Assembly (NCBI GenBank): GCA_964291415.2
Contig: OZ219920.1
Location: 576,001-640,000, forward strand
Length of the DNA stretch: 64,000 nt
Direction: 5' to 3'
Origin: Alphaproteobacteria bacterium
GTDB lineage: Bacteria; Pseudomonadota; Alphaproteobacteria; SP197
Shown: piece by piece, positions 63,290-64,000 of the stretch
Layout: each line of letters begins with the position of its first letter
How positions within the stretch are numbered: the first letter of the stretch is position 1
Notes under the pieces: model-generated
Told to the model about the DNA's origin: nothing
The model's input: only the letters and a program-made list of their open reading frames with translations
The model's database searches: none
Made by a program: the position numbers and the translations under genes

Positions 63290-64000
63290 AGCGCCTGCCC
63301 GTCGCTTGACATAGGGCCCTTCACAACGTGGATGCAATCATGGCAACGACGGCCCCGGCCACGATGATCGTCCCGCTGCCGTCAGGAAGTGGGTGCAAAG
63401 GGACCTGGCGGCCTACGAGCCCTGTCGCAGTGACCCCCGAGAGGAATCCTCGATGAGCCGCCCGGTGGATTGCGACGTCCCGGGCTTCGATGCCGGAGCC
63501 CCGCGTGCACCTGTGTTGCTCACTTTGACCTGGCGGCCGTGTTCCGCTCGCCGAAGTCCGGGCCCTATGGCCCGGCATCCTCCTTGAGCATCCATGTTTC
63601 GGTGCAAGGTTTTGTGAGCGTGCGTGAAGATGTTTCCCTGGTCTGTCCCCATGCGGTGTGACGTTCCGACATCGCGGTGTCTACGCCCCGTGGCCAGGGA
63701 GACGTTGAGTTCGTGATCCCGGCAGCATGAGGGGGTGTTCGGAATATGAAGTCAGGATCATGTCCGCGCTCCGTGGTCAGTGTGCACAGGAAGCCGGTTC
63801 GGCATGGAGATCAGTCGACATCACGGTTTCCAAGACGTTCTTCATGCATGCCGATTCTCGTTCAGGTGCCACCGGGAACTCGTGCGTTGGTCAGCGGCGA
63901 GAGGAATTCGGACACCCCGGTCTCAGGCTGGATACGGGGAGTTCGGCGGGCTCGCATGGTCCAGGACTGCTTCGGTTGGCGCGCCGGTGGAGGGCCGCTA

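Noticed and set aside
63300-64000. Short ORFs at the window end
   Set aside because: No recognisable motifs or RNA structure

Overview
GC-rich bacterial window, probably alphaproteobacterial and possibly host-associated (inferred from gene content only). It is an accessory, partly decaying region. Mobile DNA: the right end of a RIT (recombinase-in-trio) element inserted into an IS66, an IS21 joining an IS1634 fragment to a TnpB fragment, and a second IS21 near 61-63 kb. Toxin-antitoxin and defence genes: RES-Xre, VapBC and HipBA (both toxins broken), an orphan DUF433, a MAD3/MAD4-like ATPase-TOPRIM pair and two AAA_14-DUF4143 genes. Secreted or surface genes: a repeat-bearing trypsin-like protease, a 7x 'DGECDDPRF' repeat protein and two tandem Cache-domain autotransporters sharing a near-identical barrel. 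It also holds metabolic genes and a FkbM/GT61/GT25 glycan-modification cluster. The most striking structure is at 59.1-63.3 kb: an intact Rpn (PD-(D/E)XK) nuclease gene followed by a tandem array of four diverged copies of its own C-terminal module. Two copies are intact at an exact 323-bp period, one is split by IS21 and one is truncated, and each keeps a candidate internal start. This looks like an antitoxin array or a cassette reservoir. No rRNA, tRNA or CRISPR array was seen. All family assignments are from motif recognition by eye; no searches were run.
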